Source: an uncultured Marinicella sp.
GTDB taxonomy: Bacteria > Pseudomonadota > Gammaproteobacteria > Xanthomonadales > Marinicellaceae
Direction: 5' to 3'
Length of the DNA: 64,000 bases
Assembly: GCA_947502925.1 (NCBI GenBank)
Contig: CANNBS010000002.1
Coordinates: 25,079 to 89,078 of the forward strand
The position numbers were made by a program, and so were the translations under genes. A model generated the notes under the pieces. It was not told the origin of the DNA and did not search any database. It saw only the letters and a list, made by a program, of their open reading frames with translations. This document shows, one piece after another, positions 40,727 to 51,272 of the stretch (its first letter is position 1; each line of letters opens with the position of its first letter).

Positions 40727-41718
40727 TGCCAATCCCGATAATAAGCACCTAAGGTGGTTTGTTGGCCTTCGGATAAATCCCCCAGGGTTTTATTCCAGCT
40801 TTCTTTAACACGATAAGATTCTGATTTGGCCAGGCAGTCATCAATGGCCGCCCGCATCACTTCAGTGACCTGCCGCACATAGGCCGGACTGCGCTGCCGG
40901 CCCTCGACTTTCACCGCGGCCACACCGATGGCTTTTAATTCGGCTAAAATGGATAAGGTGTTTAGACTGGTCGGTTCTTCGATGGCATAGCCAATGTGGT
41001 CGTTGACTTCATAACGGCCTTTACAAATCACAGGATAACCGACGGAATCATCTTTACCCACCTGGTCAATCAAAATACCATTGAGACGGGTTTCTAAATG
41101 ATTATCGGTGTTTTTCCATTCGACAAATTCAGCCGGCGAACAGGCGCCATGATTATTCGGGCCCAAACCGGTGGCATAGGAGGATAATAAACAACGGCCT
41201 TCGACCATCACACATAGACTGCCAAAACCAAAAACCTCAATCGGTACCTGGGACTGGTTCACTAGATGCGCCACTTGTTTAATCGACAAAACACGCGGTA
41301 TGACCGCACGTTTTATATTGAAGTGCTCGGCGAAGAAATTAACCGCAGCTGCACTGGTGGCTGAACCTTGTACCGATAAATGAATGTTTAAATCAGGGTG
41401 CTTTTCGCAGGCATAGTCCATCACGCCCATATCGGCTAAGATTAAAGCATCGACTCTAAGTTCAGCGGCGGTATCCACCGCCTGTTGCCAGGTGTCTAAA
41501 TCATGGCAATAGGGGTAAGTATTCACAGCTAAAAAGACTTTACAGCCACGATTTTGGGCAAATTCGATGCCTTGTTGCATCTGTTTTTGGGTAAAGTTTA
41601 AACCGGCAAAATGCCGGGCATTGGTGGCATTTTGCAGGCCCATATACACCGCATCCGCACCGGCTTTAACAGCGGCTTTTAAAGACGGTAAATTACCCGC
41701 CGGACAAACCAGTTCCAT
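40723..41718 (-). CDS. ubiU: O2-independent ubiquinone biosynthesis protein UbiU (U32)
   Basis: MELVCPAGN, SLCVMVEGRCLLS, GACSP, ICKGRY, KVEGRQRS. Confidence 0.94.
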   Translation of the reverse strand: MELVCPAGNLPSLKAAVKAGADAVYMGLQNATNARHFAGLNFTQKQMQQGIEFAQNRGCKVFLAVNTYPYCHDLDTWQQAVDTAAELRVDALILADMGVMDYACEKHPDLNIHLSVQGSATSAAAVNFFAEHFNIKRAVIPRVLSIKQVAHLVNQSQVPIEVFGFGSLCVMVEGRCLLSSYATGLGPNNHGACSPAEFVEWKNTDNHLETRLNGILIDQVGKDDSVGYPVICKGRYEVNDHIGYAIEEPTSLNTLSILAELKAIGVAAVKVEGRQRSPAYVRQVTEVMRAAIDDCLAKSESYRVKESWNKTLGDLSEGQQTTLGAYYRDWQ

Positions 41719-41746
41719 ACTATGTTCAGACGATAAAGTGCTGAAC

Positions 41747-41788
41747 AGTGTAGTTTTGGGTGATTTAATGTGCCTTGATTTAGGTCAA
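41747..41788 (-). promoter_or_regulatory. FNR/DNR class II promoter of ubiU operon
   Basis: TTGAT-TTAG-GTCAA at 41775-41788; TACACT on the minus strand at 41752-41747. Confidence 0.78.
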
Positions 41789-41798
41789 TCGTTAAGTT

Positions 41799-42905
41799 TT
41801 ATTCACCCTGAAGCGATACAATGTCACAAGTGGTTGGGTCTTTAAAATCAGAGATACCTTCGTGCTGTGCTTTTTTGTATAAATAATGGGCGGCTGATTT
41901 AATTCGATTTAATTCATTATCATCGCTAAACCAGATTTTTGCATAATCTGTGTCCATGTAATCAATATCCCGATTATTTTGTTTTAAGGCATCCATAATG
42001 CATTCGTACTGGGCTCTGAATTGGTCATTTTTTTCTTCGGCCTGAGCCAGTAAATCAGTTTCCAGCGAACTTTCATAGCTATTAATTCTTAAACGATATG
42101 CAATTAATTGTGAGATGATGTCGTTACCTTGTGTCATTAAAATGTCTGCAACTTTCACACAAGCTTCAGTTGGGCTGTTTTCTAACGAGCAATAATCTAA
42201 CAGTGGTTTGAAAGCCGGTAAAGGCAAGGCCATTTTAATACCACTCATCTTTATATAGTATAAAGCTTGATTCAATTGTTTATCAGATAGGGATTCATCG
42301 ATTTCAGTCAAATGTTTTAACTGTTTTTTTATCACAGCACGTGGCAATGGGTGTTGATCCATGTAATCATTAAGAGCAGATTTAAACACCGTAGGGAGAG
42401 AAATCATATCTGTGGCATAGGTTGTATTTCGCATATCTTTTATCAGGTACTCCGCTCTGGACATGTCTTTATTTCTGACGGCCCGAGCAAAGGGTTCAAA
42501 ATAAGCGAACAAATCATTTGGATGCTGTTGCTGATATTGTTTAACCAGTCTTTGGCGGTCGCAGACATCCTCAATGGCGTCATTGGAACATAATGAAATT
42601 AACAGAAAAATGGTTTCTGCACTGAGATTGTCTTGTTTCGCTAACTGATTAATATGATCAACATAATTTTGTTGTTCATGATTCAGTTTAATGCGTTTAT
42701 CAGCATCATTAATTAGCGGTAAATCCGGACGAGAAAGGCTTAAACCAATGGCTTGAACGTATGGATGAGGGTGATTTAATAAGTGGGTGTTCAATGAGTT
42801 TTCCCATTGTTCAAAGACGTCATCAGCAGAGACGACTTGGTCTTGCGACAAACTTGAGCCTGAAAAAATCAGGGCGAATATTAAAAAGGAATGGTGTTTT
42901 ATCAT
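41799..42905 (-). CDS. Secreted hypothetical protein, paralog 1
   Basis: Signal peptide; shares motifs and Cys pattern with 42942-44132. Confidence 0.75.
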   Translation of the reverse strand: MIKHHSFLIFALIFSGSSLSQDQVVSADDVFEQWENSLNTHLLNHPHPYVQAIGLSLSRPDLPLINDADKRIKLNHEQQNYVDHINQLAKQDNLSAETIFLLISLCSNDAIEDVCDRQRLVKQYQQQHPNDLFAYFEPFARAVRNKDMSRAEYLIKDMRNTTYATDMISLPTVFKSALNDYMDQHPLPRAVIKKQLKHLTEIDESLSDKQLNQALYYIKMSGIKMALPLPAFKPLLDYCSLENSPTEACVKVADILMTQGNDIISQLIAYRLRINSYESSLETDLLAQAEEKNDQFRAQYECIMDALKQNNRDIDYMDTDYAKIWFSDDNELNRIKSAAHYLYKKAQHEGISDFKDPTTCDIVSLQGE

Positions 42906-42941
42906 GAGTTAATTGAACTTAAAAGTGATTTGCAATGTAAA

Positions 42942-44132
42942 TTATTGAGTTTGACAAGTGTCTGGGTCTATTAGTTTATCAGCGCCTTCAGCCTGACGTT
43001 TTTTAAATAGATAAGTGGCGATTTTAGATATTCTGGTCAGTTCATTTTCCGCAGTAAGCCACATTTCTGAATAGTTTTTGTCAAAAAAATCAGCGACAAA
43101 GTCATTGTTGACGCTGTAACTATTGCTGAGACATTGGTAATATTCTTTAAAACGGTCATGATTGGCCTGGCTGGCGACCAGCATATCTTTTTGCTTATTC
43201 AGATCATAAACGGCCATATTAATAATGTGGCCCATGGCTTGCGTTAACACTGTGTTGCTATGATGAATCAATGTTTTTGCAATATATAAACACTCGGCGC
43301 TAAACTCAGGATTATTTTGACAGACATCTTTAACGGGTTTTATGGGTGGCATGGGTAAGGCCATTTGCATGCCGATAAGCATGATATAAACCTGCGTTTC
43401 GGGTAATTTTTCATCTAACAAGGTGCTGTCTTGTTCGGTAAAGTCCGTGGTTGCGATAAGATCATTTTTTTCACGCAGTAAGGCGTTTTGCGGGATTGGA
43501 TTGGTTTTGATGTAGTCTTTGATCAGGTCGATGAATTCCGGTAACAGATAGTCCACATGTGTCATTTGCCGGGTACCACTCATGACGTTCATTAAATTTT
43601 TAATCAATTCATTGTCGTTGTTTTGAATGGCAATTTCTAAAGGTTTAGTATAAACACTGAGGTCATTGGGGTAGAGTTTGATTTGTTTATCCAGTAAAGC
43701 CTGACGATTACAGAAACCGTCTAATTCTTTTTTAAAACACAGTGGTAGAAGAATTTGAAAGGTTTCTATATTTAACGTTTCATTGTTAACTAAACGATTG
43801 ATGTGATCGGCATAGTTTTGACGTACCCGTGTCAATTTGTCTTCATCGTCTTGATCCGGATGACCATGAACTGTGGTGTGGGTTTGATTTAAACCAATGG
43901 CTTGAGCATAAGGTTGGTCGTGTTTTAATAAATAGTCAGTTAATTGTTGACTCCATTCTGCCAGTAGTTCCATCGCTTTGCGTTCAGCTTTTGAGGGTTC
44001 CCGCATTAATGTAGTCATCTTTTCAGCCATTTGCCGAACATTCTCATCAGCTTCCGGTGTGTTATCAGAAGCATTTTGAGCCATTATGGGCATGGCAAAT
44101 ATCAAAGTCAGTGAGTATAAAAATGATTTCAT
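42942..44132 (-). CDS. Secreted hypothetical protein, paralog 2
   Basis: Signal peptide MKSFLYSLTLIFAMPIMA; paralogous to 41799-42905. Confidence 0.75.
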   Translation of the reverse strand: MKSFLYSLTLIFAMPIMAQNASDNTPEADENVRQMAEKMTTLMREPSKAERKAMELLAEWSQQLTDYLLKHDQPYAQAIGLNQTHTTVHGHPDQDDEDKLTRVRQNYADHINRLVNNETLNIETFQILLPLCFKKELDGFCNRQALLDKQIKLYPNDLSVYTKPLEIAIQNNDNELIKNLMNVMSGTRQMTHVDYLLPEFIDLIKDYIKTNPIPQNALLREKNDLIATTDFTEQDSTLLDEKLPETQVYIMLIGMQMALPMPPIKPVKDVCQNNPEFSAECLYIAKTLIHHSNTVLTQAMGHIINMAVYDLNKQKDMLVASQANHDRFKEYYQCLSNSYSVNNDFVADFFDKNYSEMWLTAENELTRISKIATYLFKKRQAEGADKLIDPDTCQTQ

Positions 44133-44135
44133 GGC

Positions 44136-45803
44136 TTATCCTGTTTTTAAAAATTCCTCAGCCTGGGCGAGGGTGGTTTCGGTGATGGTTTCGCCGCCGG
44201 CCATGCGGGCCAGTTCTTGGATACGTTGTTCGCGATTGAGGTGTTGGATGGCTGAGCGAGTGATACCCTGACTTTGATCACTCGATTTTGACACCAGAAT
44301 ATGATCATGAGCTTGTCCTGCCACTTGGGGTAAGTGGGTTACGGCAAAGACTTGATGTTGTTTACTGAGTTTGCGCATAATGGCACCGACTTTTGAAGCA
44401 GTGGCACCGCCGATACCGGTATCCACTTCGTCGAATACAAAGGCACTGTGGTCATGGTTCTGGCCAACCACTTCAATGGCCAGACAAATTCGCGATAATT
44501 CACCGCCTGATGCGGTTTTACTTAAGGCTTGCGGTGTCTGGCCTTTATTCACAGCAATCATAAACTCGATATGATCTAAACCATGAGACTGTGGTTTATT
44601 GTCATCGTTAAATTCAGAGGGTGAAACCTGAATGCTTAATTGGGCTTCCGGCAGACCCAGTTGTTGAATCATGTCGGTGATTTTAGTGGCCAGTTGTTGG
44701 GCAGCTTTCTGACGGGCTTGGCTGAGCTGTTGGCTGATATCATTGTATTGCTGTCTTAATTCTTGACGTTTTTTATCCAGTGCCGCTTGTTGCTCCGATT
44801 GATGCTGGTGTTGATACAGTTGCTCAGCCAATCGTTGTTGGTGATCGTGAAGTTGCTCAGCCTGGGTGTTTTGTTTACGGGCGATGTGTGTAATTTGTTC
44901 CAAGCGTTGTTCAATGGTGTTCTGTTGTTCGGGATCATGTTCAATGCGACTGACATGATCGCTGAGGTACTGAATCGCTTCCTGGACATTAATTAAAGCT
45001 TCATCAAGCATCTGGCAGACCTGTGTGGCATCGAAGCCTTTCAGTTGTTTAAGTTGATTCATGTGTTGAGCCAACACCTGTCTCACAGAATGATCGGATT
45101 CATCCAGGTCATGAATGGTTTGTTGGCAGACCTGTTGAATGTCCTGGGCATGACTGACCTGCAATAAATCCTGATGCAGCTGTTCGTACTCGCCTTTTTT
45201 AAGATCCAATTCATGCAGTTCCTGGTACTGATAATCCAGTAGCTGTTGCTGTTCGGCGGACAAGGAGCCGGCCTGTTGTAATGCCAACCGATCAGAATCC
45301 AGTTGTTTTAAGGCTTCAGTGACGTCCGCGATTTGGGTGAGCAATTCACCGTAATCACCACTGCGATCAAGTAATTGTCGCTGGGTGGTGCTATTCAACA
45401 GCTTGATTTGGTCATGCTGGCCGTGAATCTGCACCAGATAACGCCCCAGTGCTTTTACTAAATGCGCCGGTGTCGGACTGCCGTTAATCCAGAGTTGGCT
45501 GCGACCTTGTTTGTTTAAGGTGCGGCGAATCATTAAATTGTCATCATCAAAATCGTTATCATTTAACCATTGGCGTACAGCGCTGTGGTTGGCAATATCA
45601 AAACTCACCACCACTTCGCAGGTTTCACCAAACGCCCCAATCACTGACGTATCGCCTCGGGCGCCCAGAGCCAAAGACAAGGCACCGATGGTAATCGATT
45701 TACCGGCACCGGTTTCACCGGTAAACACGGTCATGTGCTGATTGAAATCTATTTCTAATTGTTCAATCAAGACATAATTTTTGATGTAAATGGATTGCAG
45801 CAT
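44136..45803 (-). CDS. recN: DNA repair protein RecN
   Basis: FTGETGAGKS, IHGQH, ASGGELSR, FDEVDTGIGG, VTHLPQVA. Confidence 0.97.
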   Translation of the reverse strand: MLQSIYIKNYVLIEQLEIDFNQHMTVFTGETGAGKSITIGALSLALGARGDTSVIGAFGETCEVVVSFDIANHSAVRQWLNDNDFDDDNLMIRRTLNKQGRSQLWINGSPTPAHLVKALGRYLVQIHGQHDQIKLLNSTTQRQLLDRSGDYGELLTQIADVTEALKQLDSDRLALQQAGSLSAEQQQLLDYQYQELHELDLKKGEYEQLHQDLLQVSHAQDIQQVCQQTIHDLDESDHSVRQVLAQHMNQLKQLKGFDATQVCQMLDEALINVQEAIQYLSDHVSRIEHDPEQQNTIEQRLEQITHIARKQNTQAEQLHDHQQRLAEQLYQHQHQSEQQAALDKKRQELRQQYNDISQQLSQARQKAAQQLATKITDMIQQLGLPEAQLSIQVSPSEFNDDNKPQSHGLDHIEFMIAVNKGQTPQALSKTASGGELSRICLAIEVVGQNHDHSAFVFDEVDTGIGGATASKVGAIMRKLSKQHQVFAVTHLPQVAGQAHDHILVSKSSDQSQGITRSAIQHLNREQRIQELARMAGGETITETTLAQAEEFLKTG

Positions 45804-45852
45804 GTAGGCAGTTAAACGGATTGAAATTAAATGTTTATTTTAGCGAGGCTGC

Positions 45853-45880
45853 CTTGAATTGTCATCTGCTATCACTATAT
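45853..45880 (+). promoter_or_regulatory. Putative sigma32 promoter of grpE
   Basis: CTTGAA-14 nt-CACTATAT. Confidence 0.6.
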
Positions 45881-45905
45881 CACTGCCATTAATTCATTAT
45901 TAGAT

Positions 45906-46505
45906 ATGATTATGACTGACAATAAACAACATAACGATGATGACAATCAAATGGAAGATGTGAATCAAGAGTCCAATGAAACCACGGATGATGAGGTTGA
46001 GGTGGTTGAGCACACGGATTCAGATTCATCTGAGGCTGATGACTTAAACCAACAGATTAAAGAATTACAAATGCAATTGGCAGCCAAGGATGAGGAAATC
46101 CTGCGGGTTGCCGCTGAAGGCATGAATGCCCAAAAGCGGTTACAACGTGAGCTGGAAAACACCCGTAAATATGCCAATGAAAAATTGCTTAAATCCATGG
46201 TCCCGGTGATGGACAGTTTTGATAAAGCTTTAGAGATTGTTCACGACGATGAGGTTGAAGTGACGGTTGAAGCGATGGTCGAAGGCACCATTAATACCCA
46301 ACAATCACTGACCAAAGTGTTACAAGAATATGGCATTGAAATTATCAATCCAGTGGGTGAAAAGTTTGATCCTGAAATTCATGAAGCCATGAGTATGGTT
46401 GATTCAGAAAATCATGAAAAAAATACCGTGGTGGATGTTTTTCAAAAAGGCTATTTATTGAATGGTCGTGTCATTCGTGCTGCCATGGTTGTGGTGGCTC
46501 GATAG
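45906..46505 (+). CDS. grpE: Nucleotide exchange factor GrpE
   Basis: FDPEIHEAM, QKGYLLNGRVIRAAMVVV. Confidence 0.96.
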   Translation: MIMTDNKQHNDDDNQMEDVNQESNETTDDEVEVVEHTDSDSSEADDLNQQIKELQMQLAAKDEEILRVAAEGMNAQKRLQRELENTRKYANEKLLKSMVPVMDSFDKALEIVHDDEVEVTVEAMVEGTINTQQSLTKVLQEYGIEIINPVGEKFDPEIHEAMSMVDSENHEKNTVVDVFQKGYLLNGRVIRAAMVVVAR

Positions 46506-46531
46506 CTTGAATTATGTCAACAAGTCCATAG
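46506..46531 (+). promoter_or_regulatory. Putative sigma32 promoter of dnaK
   Basis: CTTGAA-12 nt-GTCCATAG. Confidence 0.55.
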
Positions 46532-46573
46532 ATAGTAACCAGTTTAAAATATAAAATTCAGAGGATAAATATT

Positions 46574-48508
46574 ATGTCAAAAGTAATAGGTATTGATTTA
46601 GGAACCACCAATTCCTGTGTCGCCGTGATGGAAGGTAAAGACATCAAGGTGATTGAAAATGCAGAGGGCGATCGAACCACCCCGTCGATTGTCGCCTTTA
46701 CCGATGAGGGCAAAACCCTGGTGGGTCAGTCGGCCAAGCGGCAGGCAGTGACCAACCCGGAAAATACATTATTTGCCATCAAGCGATTAATTGGTCGCAA
46801 ATTTAAAGAAGATGTGGTCAAAAAAGACCAGGACATCGTGCCTTATAAAATTATTGGTGCAGACAACGGTGATGCCTGGGTCGAAGTGCGTGGTAAAAAA
46901 ATGGCGCCTCAAGAAGTGTCAGCGCGTATTTTAGAAAAAATGAAAGCCACTGCCGAAGATTACCTTGGTGAGAAAGTAGAAGCTGCCGTAATTACGGTAC
47001 CGGCTTACTTTAATGACTCGCAACGTCAGGCCACCAAAGACGCCGGTAAAATTGCCGGTTTGGAAGTTAAACGCATTATTAATGAGCCAACGGCTGCGGC
47101 TTTGGCGTATGGTATGGATAAGAAAGGTGGTGATCGCACCATCGCAGTTTATGACCTGGGTGGTGGTACATTTGATATTTCCATCATTGAAATCGCCGAC
47201 ATTGACGGTGAGCAACAGTTCGAAGTATTGGCTACCAACGGTGATACGTTTTTAGGTGGTGAAGATTTTGATAACCGATTAATGGATTATCTGGTTGAAG
47301 AGTTCAAAAAAGACCAGGGCGTTAATTTGCACAATGATCCATTAGCCTTACAGCGTTTAAAAGAAGCGGCTGAAAAAGCTAAAATCGAATTATCGAGTCT
47401 GGATCAAACGGAAGTTAACCTGCCTTACATTACAGCTGATGCCTCAGGTCCTAAGCACTTAAACATTAAAATTACCCGTTCTAAACTGGAATCGCTGGTC
47501 GGTGATTTGGTTAAACGAACCGTCGGTCCTTGTGAAACCGCTTTAAAAGATGCCGGTATTTCTTTAAATGAAATATCGGATGTAATCTTGGTTGGTGGTC
47601 AGACCCGTATGCCGGCTGTGCAGGAAATTGTTGAAGAAACCTTTGGCAAAAAACCGCGTAAAGACGTTAATCCTGATGAAGCAGTGGCCATGGGTGCGGC
47701 TGTTCAGGGCGGGGTACTTTCCGGTGACGTGAAAGATGTCTTACTGCTGGATGTTACGCCATTATCCTTAGGTATTGAAACCTTAGGTGGTGTGATGACC
47801 AAGCTGATTGAGAAAAACACCACAGTACCGACCAAAGCGTCACAAGTGTTCTCAACCGCAGAAGATAATCAATCCGCGGTTACTGTGCATGTTTTACAAG
47901 GTGAACGTGAAATGGCCAGTGCCAACAAATCACTGGGTCAGTTTAATTTAGAAGGCATTGCCCCGGCCAAACGTGGTATGCCACAAATTGAGGTGACCTT
48001 TGATATTGATGCCAACGGTATTATTCATGTGTCAGCGAAAGACAAGGCCACCGGCAAAGAGCAACGCATTGAGATTAAAGCCGGTTCCGGTTTGTCCGAT
48101 GAAGAAATCGAGCAAATGATTAAAGACGCGGAAATGAATGCAGAAAAAGACAAGGCGTTTCAGGAAACAGTGCAAGCGCGTAATGCTGCAGATGCCATGA
48201 TTCATACGGCCAAAGAAATGTTGGAAGAACACAAAGAAATCATCGATGACGGTGAAAAATCCAGCATTGAATCTGCCATCGAAAACACTGAAAAAGCGAT
48301 GAAAGAAGATGACAAGGCTGCCATTGAATCGGCCAGTGAGGCTTTACAACAGGCCATTCAACCTGTGATGCAAAAAGTGGCACAAGCCAGTCAGGGCGAA
48401 CAAGCCCCCGGCGCAGAGGCCGGCAGCGAGAATCAACAAGCTGATAACAGCGATGACGATGTGGTCGATGCTGAATTTGAAGAAGTTGATGATGATAAAA
48501 AAAGCTAA
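46574..48508 (+). CDS. dnaK: Chaperone DnaK
   Basis: [26 protein letters not shown]. Confidence 0.99.
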   Translation: MSKVIGIDLGTTNSCVAVMEGKDIKVIENAEGDRTTPSIVAFTDEGKTLVGQSAKRQAVTNPENTLFAIKRLIGRKFKEDVVKKDQDIVPYKIIGADNGDAWVEVRGKKMAPQEVSARILEKMKATAEDYLGEKVEAAVITVPAYFNDSQRQATKDAGKIAGLEVKRIINEPTAAALAYGMDKKGGDRTIAVYDLGGGTFDISIIEIADIDGEQQFEVLATNGDTFLGGEDFDNRLMDYLVEEFKKDQGVNLHNDPLALQRLKEAAEKAKIELSSLDQTEVNLPYITADASGPKHLNIKITRSKLESLVGDLVKRTVGPCETALKDAGISLNEISDVILVGGQTRMPAVQEIVEETFGKKPRKDVNPDEAVAMGAAVQGGVLSGDVKDVLLLDVTPLSLGIETLGGVMTKLIEKNTTVPTKASQVFSTAEDNQSAVTVHVLQGEREMASANKSLGQFNLEGIAPAKRGMPQIEVTFDIDANGIIHVSAKDKATGKEQRIEIKAGSGLSDEEIEQMIKDAEMNAEKDKAFQETVQARNAADAMIHTAKEMLEEHKEIIDDGEKSSIESAIENTEKAMKEDDKAAIESASEALQQAIQPVMQKVAQASQGEQAPGAEAGSENQQADNSDDDVVDAEFEEVDDDKKS

Positions 48509-48529
48509 AAGCTACGTCAGCCTATGAAT

Positions 48530-48566
48530 AAAAGCCGGCATATCAGTCTGATTTTGCCGGCTTTTT
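48530..48566 (+). terminator. Hairpin/terminator between dnaK and dnaJ
   Basis: AAAGCCGGCA...TGCCGGCTTTTT. Confidence 0.7.
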
Positions 48567-48595
48567 CCATGAATTATTAAGAAAAGTTATACCGC

Positions 48596-49741
48596 ATGAA
48601 CAAAGATTTATACAATATTTTAGGGGTCAGTAAATCAGCCAGTCAGGCAGAGATTAAAAAAGCCTATCGTCGTTTAGCGATGAAATATCATCCTGATCGC
48701 GCCGGTGATGACGCTTCAGCCCAGGATAAATTTAAGGAAGCGAAAATGGCTTATGAGGTTCTGAAAGATGAACGTAAACGCCAGATGTATGACCAATATG
48801 GTTTTGATGCTGTTTCCGGCCAAAATGGCGGCGGGCCCGGTGGTGGTTTTGGCGGCGGTTTTCATGGCGATGTAGGTGATATATTTGGTGATATATTTAG
48901 CGATATATTTGGCGGTGGACGCCGTGGTGGCCGTTCAGCCGGCCCGCAACGCGGACATGACATGCAGGTTGAGATGGCGGTTGAACTTGAAGAAGCCATT
49001 AATGGTGTCGAAAAAGAAATTACCTTACCCACCATGACAAGCTGTGAGCCTTGTAATGGAACGGGTTCTAAAGACGGTCAGAAAAGTACCTGTCAAACCT
49101 GTGGCGGGGTCGGTCAGGTTCGGATGCAACAAGGCATGTTTTCGGTGCAACAAGCTTGTCCCGATTGCCGTGGACAAGGCAGCACAATCAGTAATCCATG
49201 CAGCCATTGTGGTGGTCAGGGCCGACGTAAAGAAAGCAGTAATCTGAATGTCAAAATTCCAGCCGGTGTGGACACCGGTGATCGCATACGACTTACCGGT
49301 AAAGGTGAAGCCGGGCCCCAGGGAGGGCCGGCCGGTGATTTATATGTGGATATTCAGGTTAAACCGCATGATATTTTCACCCGCAATGGTGATGATTTAT
49401 TGTGTGAAATTCCGGTGGATTTTGCCACCGCGTGTTTAGGTGGCGAGCTCAATGTGCCGACCTTATCCGGTGCGGTTAAATTAAAAGTTCCGGCAGAAAC
49501 CCAGTCCGGTAAACAATTCCGAATCCGTGGCAAGGGCGTCCAGTCTGTGCGTTCACATAGCCAGGGTGATTTATATTGTAAAGTGCATGTGGAAACCCCG
49601 GTTAATCTCAGTCCTGAGCAAAAGGATTTATTAAAACAGTTTGATGCCACCGTTAAGAAAGGCGGGGATAAGAATAACCCGCGACGCAAAGGCTGGTTCG
49701 ACAATGTGAAATCATTTTTAGATAAGGTCACCCATGGCTGA
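48596..49741 (+). CDS. dnaJ: Chaperone DnaJ
   Basis: J domain HPD, G/F region, four CxxCxGxG repeats. Confidence 0.98.
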   Translation: MNKDLYNILGVSKSASQAEIKKAYRRLAMKYHPDRAGDDASAQDKFKEAKMAYEVLKDERKRQMYDQYGFDAVSGQNGGGPGGGFGGGFHGDVGDIFGDIFSDIFGGGRRGGRSAGPQRGHDMQVEMAVELEEAINGVEKEITLPTMTSCEPCNGTGSKDGQKSTCQTCGGVGQVRMQQGMFSVQQACPDCRGQGSTISNPCSHCGGQGRRKESSNLNVKIPAGVDTGDRIRLTGKGEAGPQGGPAGDLYVDIQVKPHDIFTRNGDDLLCEIPVDFATACLGGELNVPTLSGAVKLKVPAETQSGKQFRIRGKGVQSVRSHSQGDLYCKVHVETPVNLSPEQKDLLKQFDATVKKGGDKNNPRRKGWFDNVKSFLDKVTHG

Positions 49742-50507
49742 TTCAATTCGTGTGATTGTTTCTGGCGTGACCGGGCGCATGGGGCAACGACTGATTAAAA
49801 TTCTGGCCCGGGAATCCAATGTTTCCGTTGTGGCCGGTATCACGTCGGCTGACAACAGTCTGGTGGGTGAACGCCTGTCCAGGTTAAGCAATAATGAGCA
49901 GGACAGTGCGCCCATTTTAAGTGACTTTGAAGGTTTAGACGCTGATGTGGTGATTGATTTTTCTCAAAGCGATGCTTTTAATGCGGTGGCAGATTATTGC
50001 GTGATGAGTGAAACCCCTTTGGTCAGCGGCACCACCGGATTAAGCCAGGCTCAATTTGATCGCATCAGTCAGGCCGGTCATTTTATTCCTGTACTGTGGG
50101 CGGCTAATTTCTCGTTAAACATTCAGATTATCAAGAACTTACTGCAGATTTTTAAACAAATTAATAATCAAGGTGATTATCGAATCACAGAAACACACCA
50201 TCAACACAAAAAAGACGCACCCTCCGGGACAGCCATCGCTCTGGCACAAAGCCTCACTGAGAGCCATCAATTAAAAGTGGTTGATACAAACCAGTTCACC
50301 TTGGGTGAAATTAACATTACATCTGTACGTGAAGCAGAAGTCCCCGGTACCCACAAAATCTGCTGTGATTTTCCCAATGAATCCATCACCCTTGAGCATG
50401 TGGCTAAAAACGGTGATTTATTCGCTGAAGGCGCAGTCTCAGCAGCCAGGTGGCTGGTACAACAAGACAAAGGCCTGTACGACCTAAACGCCATTTTGTT
50501 GGCTTAA
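49734..50507 (+). CDS. dapB: 4-hydroxy-tetrahydrodipicolinate reductase
   Basis: [32 protein letters not shown]. Confidence 0.94.
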   Translation: MADSIRVIVSGVTGRMGQRLIKILARESNVSVVAGITSADNSLVGERLSRLSNNEQDSAPILSDFEGLDADVVIDFSQSDAFNAVADYCVMSETPLVSGTTGLSQAQFDRISQAGHFIPVLWAANFSLNIQIIKNLLQIFKQINNQGDYRITETHHQHKKDAPSGTAIALAQSLTESHQLKVVDTNQFTLGEINITSVREAEVPGTHKICCDFPNESITLEHVAKNGDLFAEGAVSAARWLVQQDKGLYDLNAILLA

Positions 50508-50558
50508 GATCACCTTAAAAAATTAGCAATTGTATATAGCCGAAGAATAGATTAATCG

Positions 50559-50647
50559 GTAGGTTGGCGCTGAGCGAAGCGAAGCCCAACAATATACCTC
50601 AGTTTATAGCACTATGTTGGGCTTCGCGTTGCTCAGCGCCAACCTAC
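50559..50647. repeat. GTAG-type REP doublet (REPIN)
   Basis: GTAGGTTGGCGCTGAGCGAAGCGAAGCCCAACA ... TGTTGGGCTTCGCGTTGCTCAGCGCCAACCTAC inverted pair between convergent genes. Confidence 0.9.
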
Positions 50648-50670
50648 AGTTTTTTTAATCTTGTCATCGC

Positions 50671-51261
50671 TTACTTCTTCATGGGTTTGAATGAAGGCAC
50701 ATCGAGGCTTTGTGTTTGATCTTTTTCGCCCTTTAATGGCTGGCAGGCGCGGAAGCTTTTGAGGCAGCGTTCGGTGAGATTCTGATAGACCCGGGTTCCG
50801 CGGGTTTTCCATTCAAGTTCTTTGTCTTTGACTGCGCGTTTCACTTCAGCGGGTGAGCCGTGGATGATGCTTCGGTCGGAAGATTTGAAGCCGGGTTTCA
50901 CATAGCTCAAAGCACCGATAATACATTCTGCGCCGATTTCAGCGTTATCCATGATCACGGTTTGAATACCGACCATGGTGTTTTCGCCAATCACACAGCC
51001 GTGCAAAACGGCACCGTGGCTGATGTGGCCATTTTTTTTAACACGGGTTTCACCGCCTGGAAAGCAATGGGCAATGCAACCGTCTTGTATATTTACGCCA
51101 TCTTCAAGCACAATGCGGCCGTAATCACCACGCAAACTGGCGTGTGGCCCGATGTAGCAGTTTTTGCCGATAATGACGTTTCCGATAATAGATGCGGTGG
51201 GGTGAACAAAACTACTGCCATCAACAACCGGCTTAACACCATCTATTTCATAAAAGCTCAT
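50671..51261 (-). CDS. paaY: Hexapeptide-repeat gamma-carbonic-anhydrase-like protein, PaaY/CaiE type
   Basis: FVHPTA.IIG.VIIG, ASLRGDYGRI, NIQDGC..HCFPG, GHISHGAVLHGC. Confidence 0.78.
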   Translation of the reverse strand: MSFYEIDGVKPVVDGSSFVHPTASIIGNVIIGKNCYIGPHASLRGDYGRIVLEDGVNIQDGCIAHCFPGGETRVKKNGHISHGAVLHGCVIGENTMVGIQTVIMDNAEIGAECIIGALSYVKPGFKSSDRSIIHGSPAEVKRAVKDKELEWKTRGTRVYQNLTERCLKSFRACQPLKGEKDQTQSLDVPSFKPMKK

Positions 51262-51272
51262 GGTTACTCCTG

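Noticed and set aside
45803-45906. No hrcA or CIRCE between recN and grpE
   Set aside because: Many Gammaproteobacteria lack hrcA here and use sigma32; not unusual.
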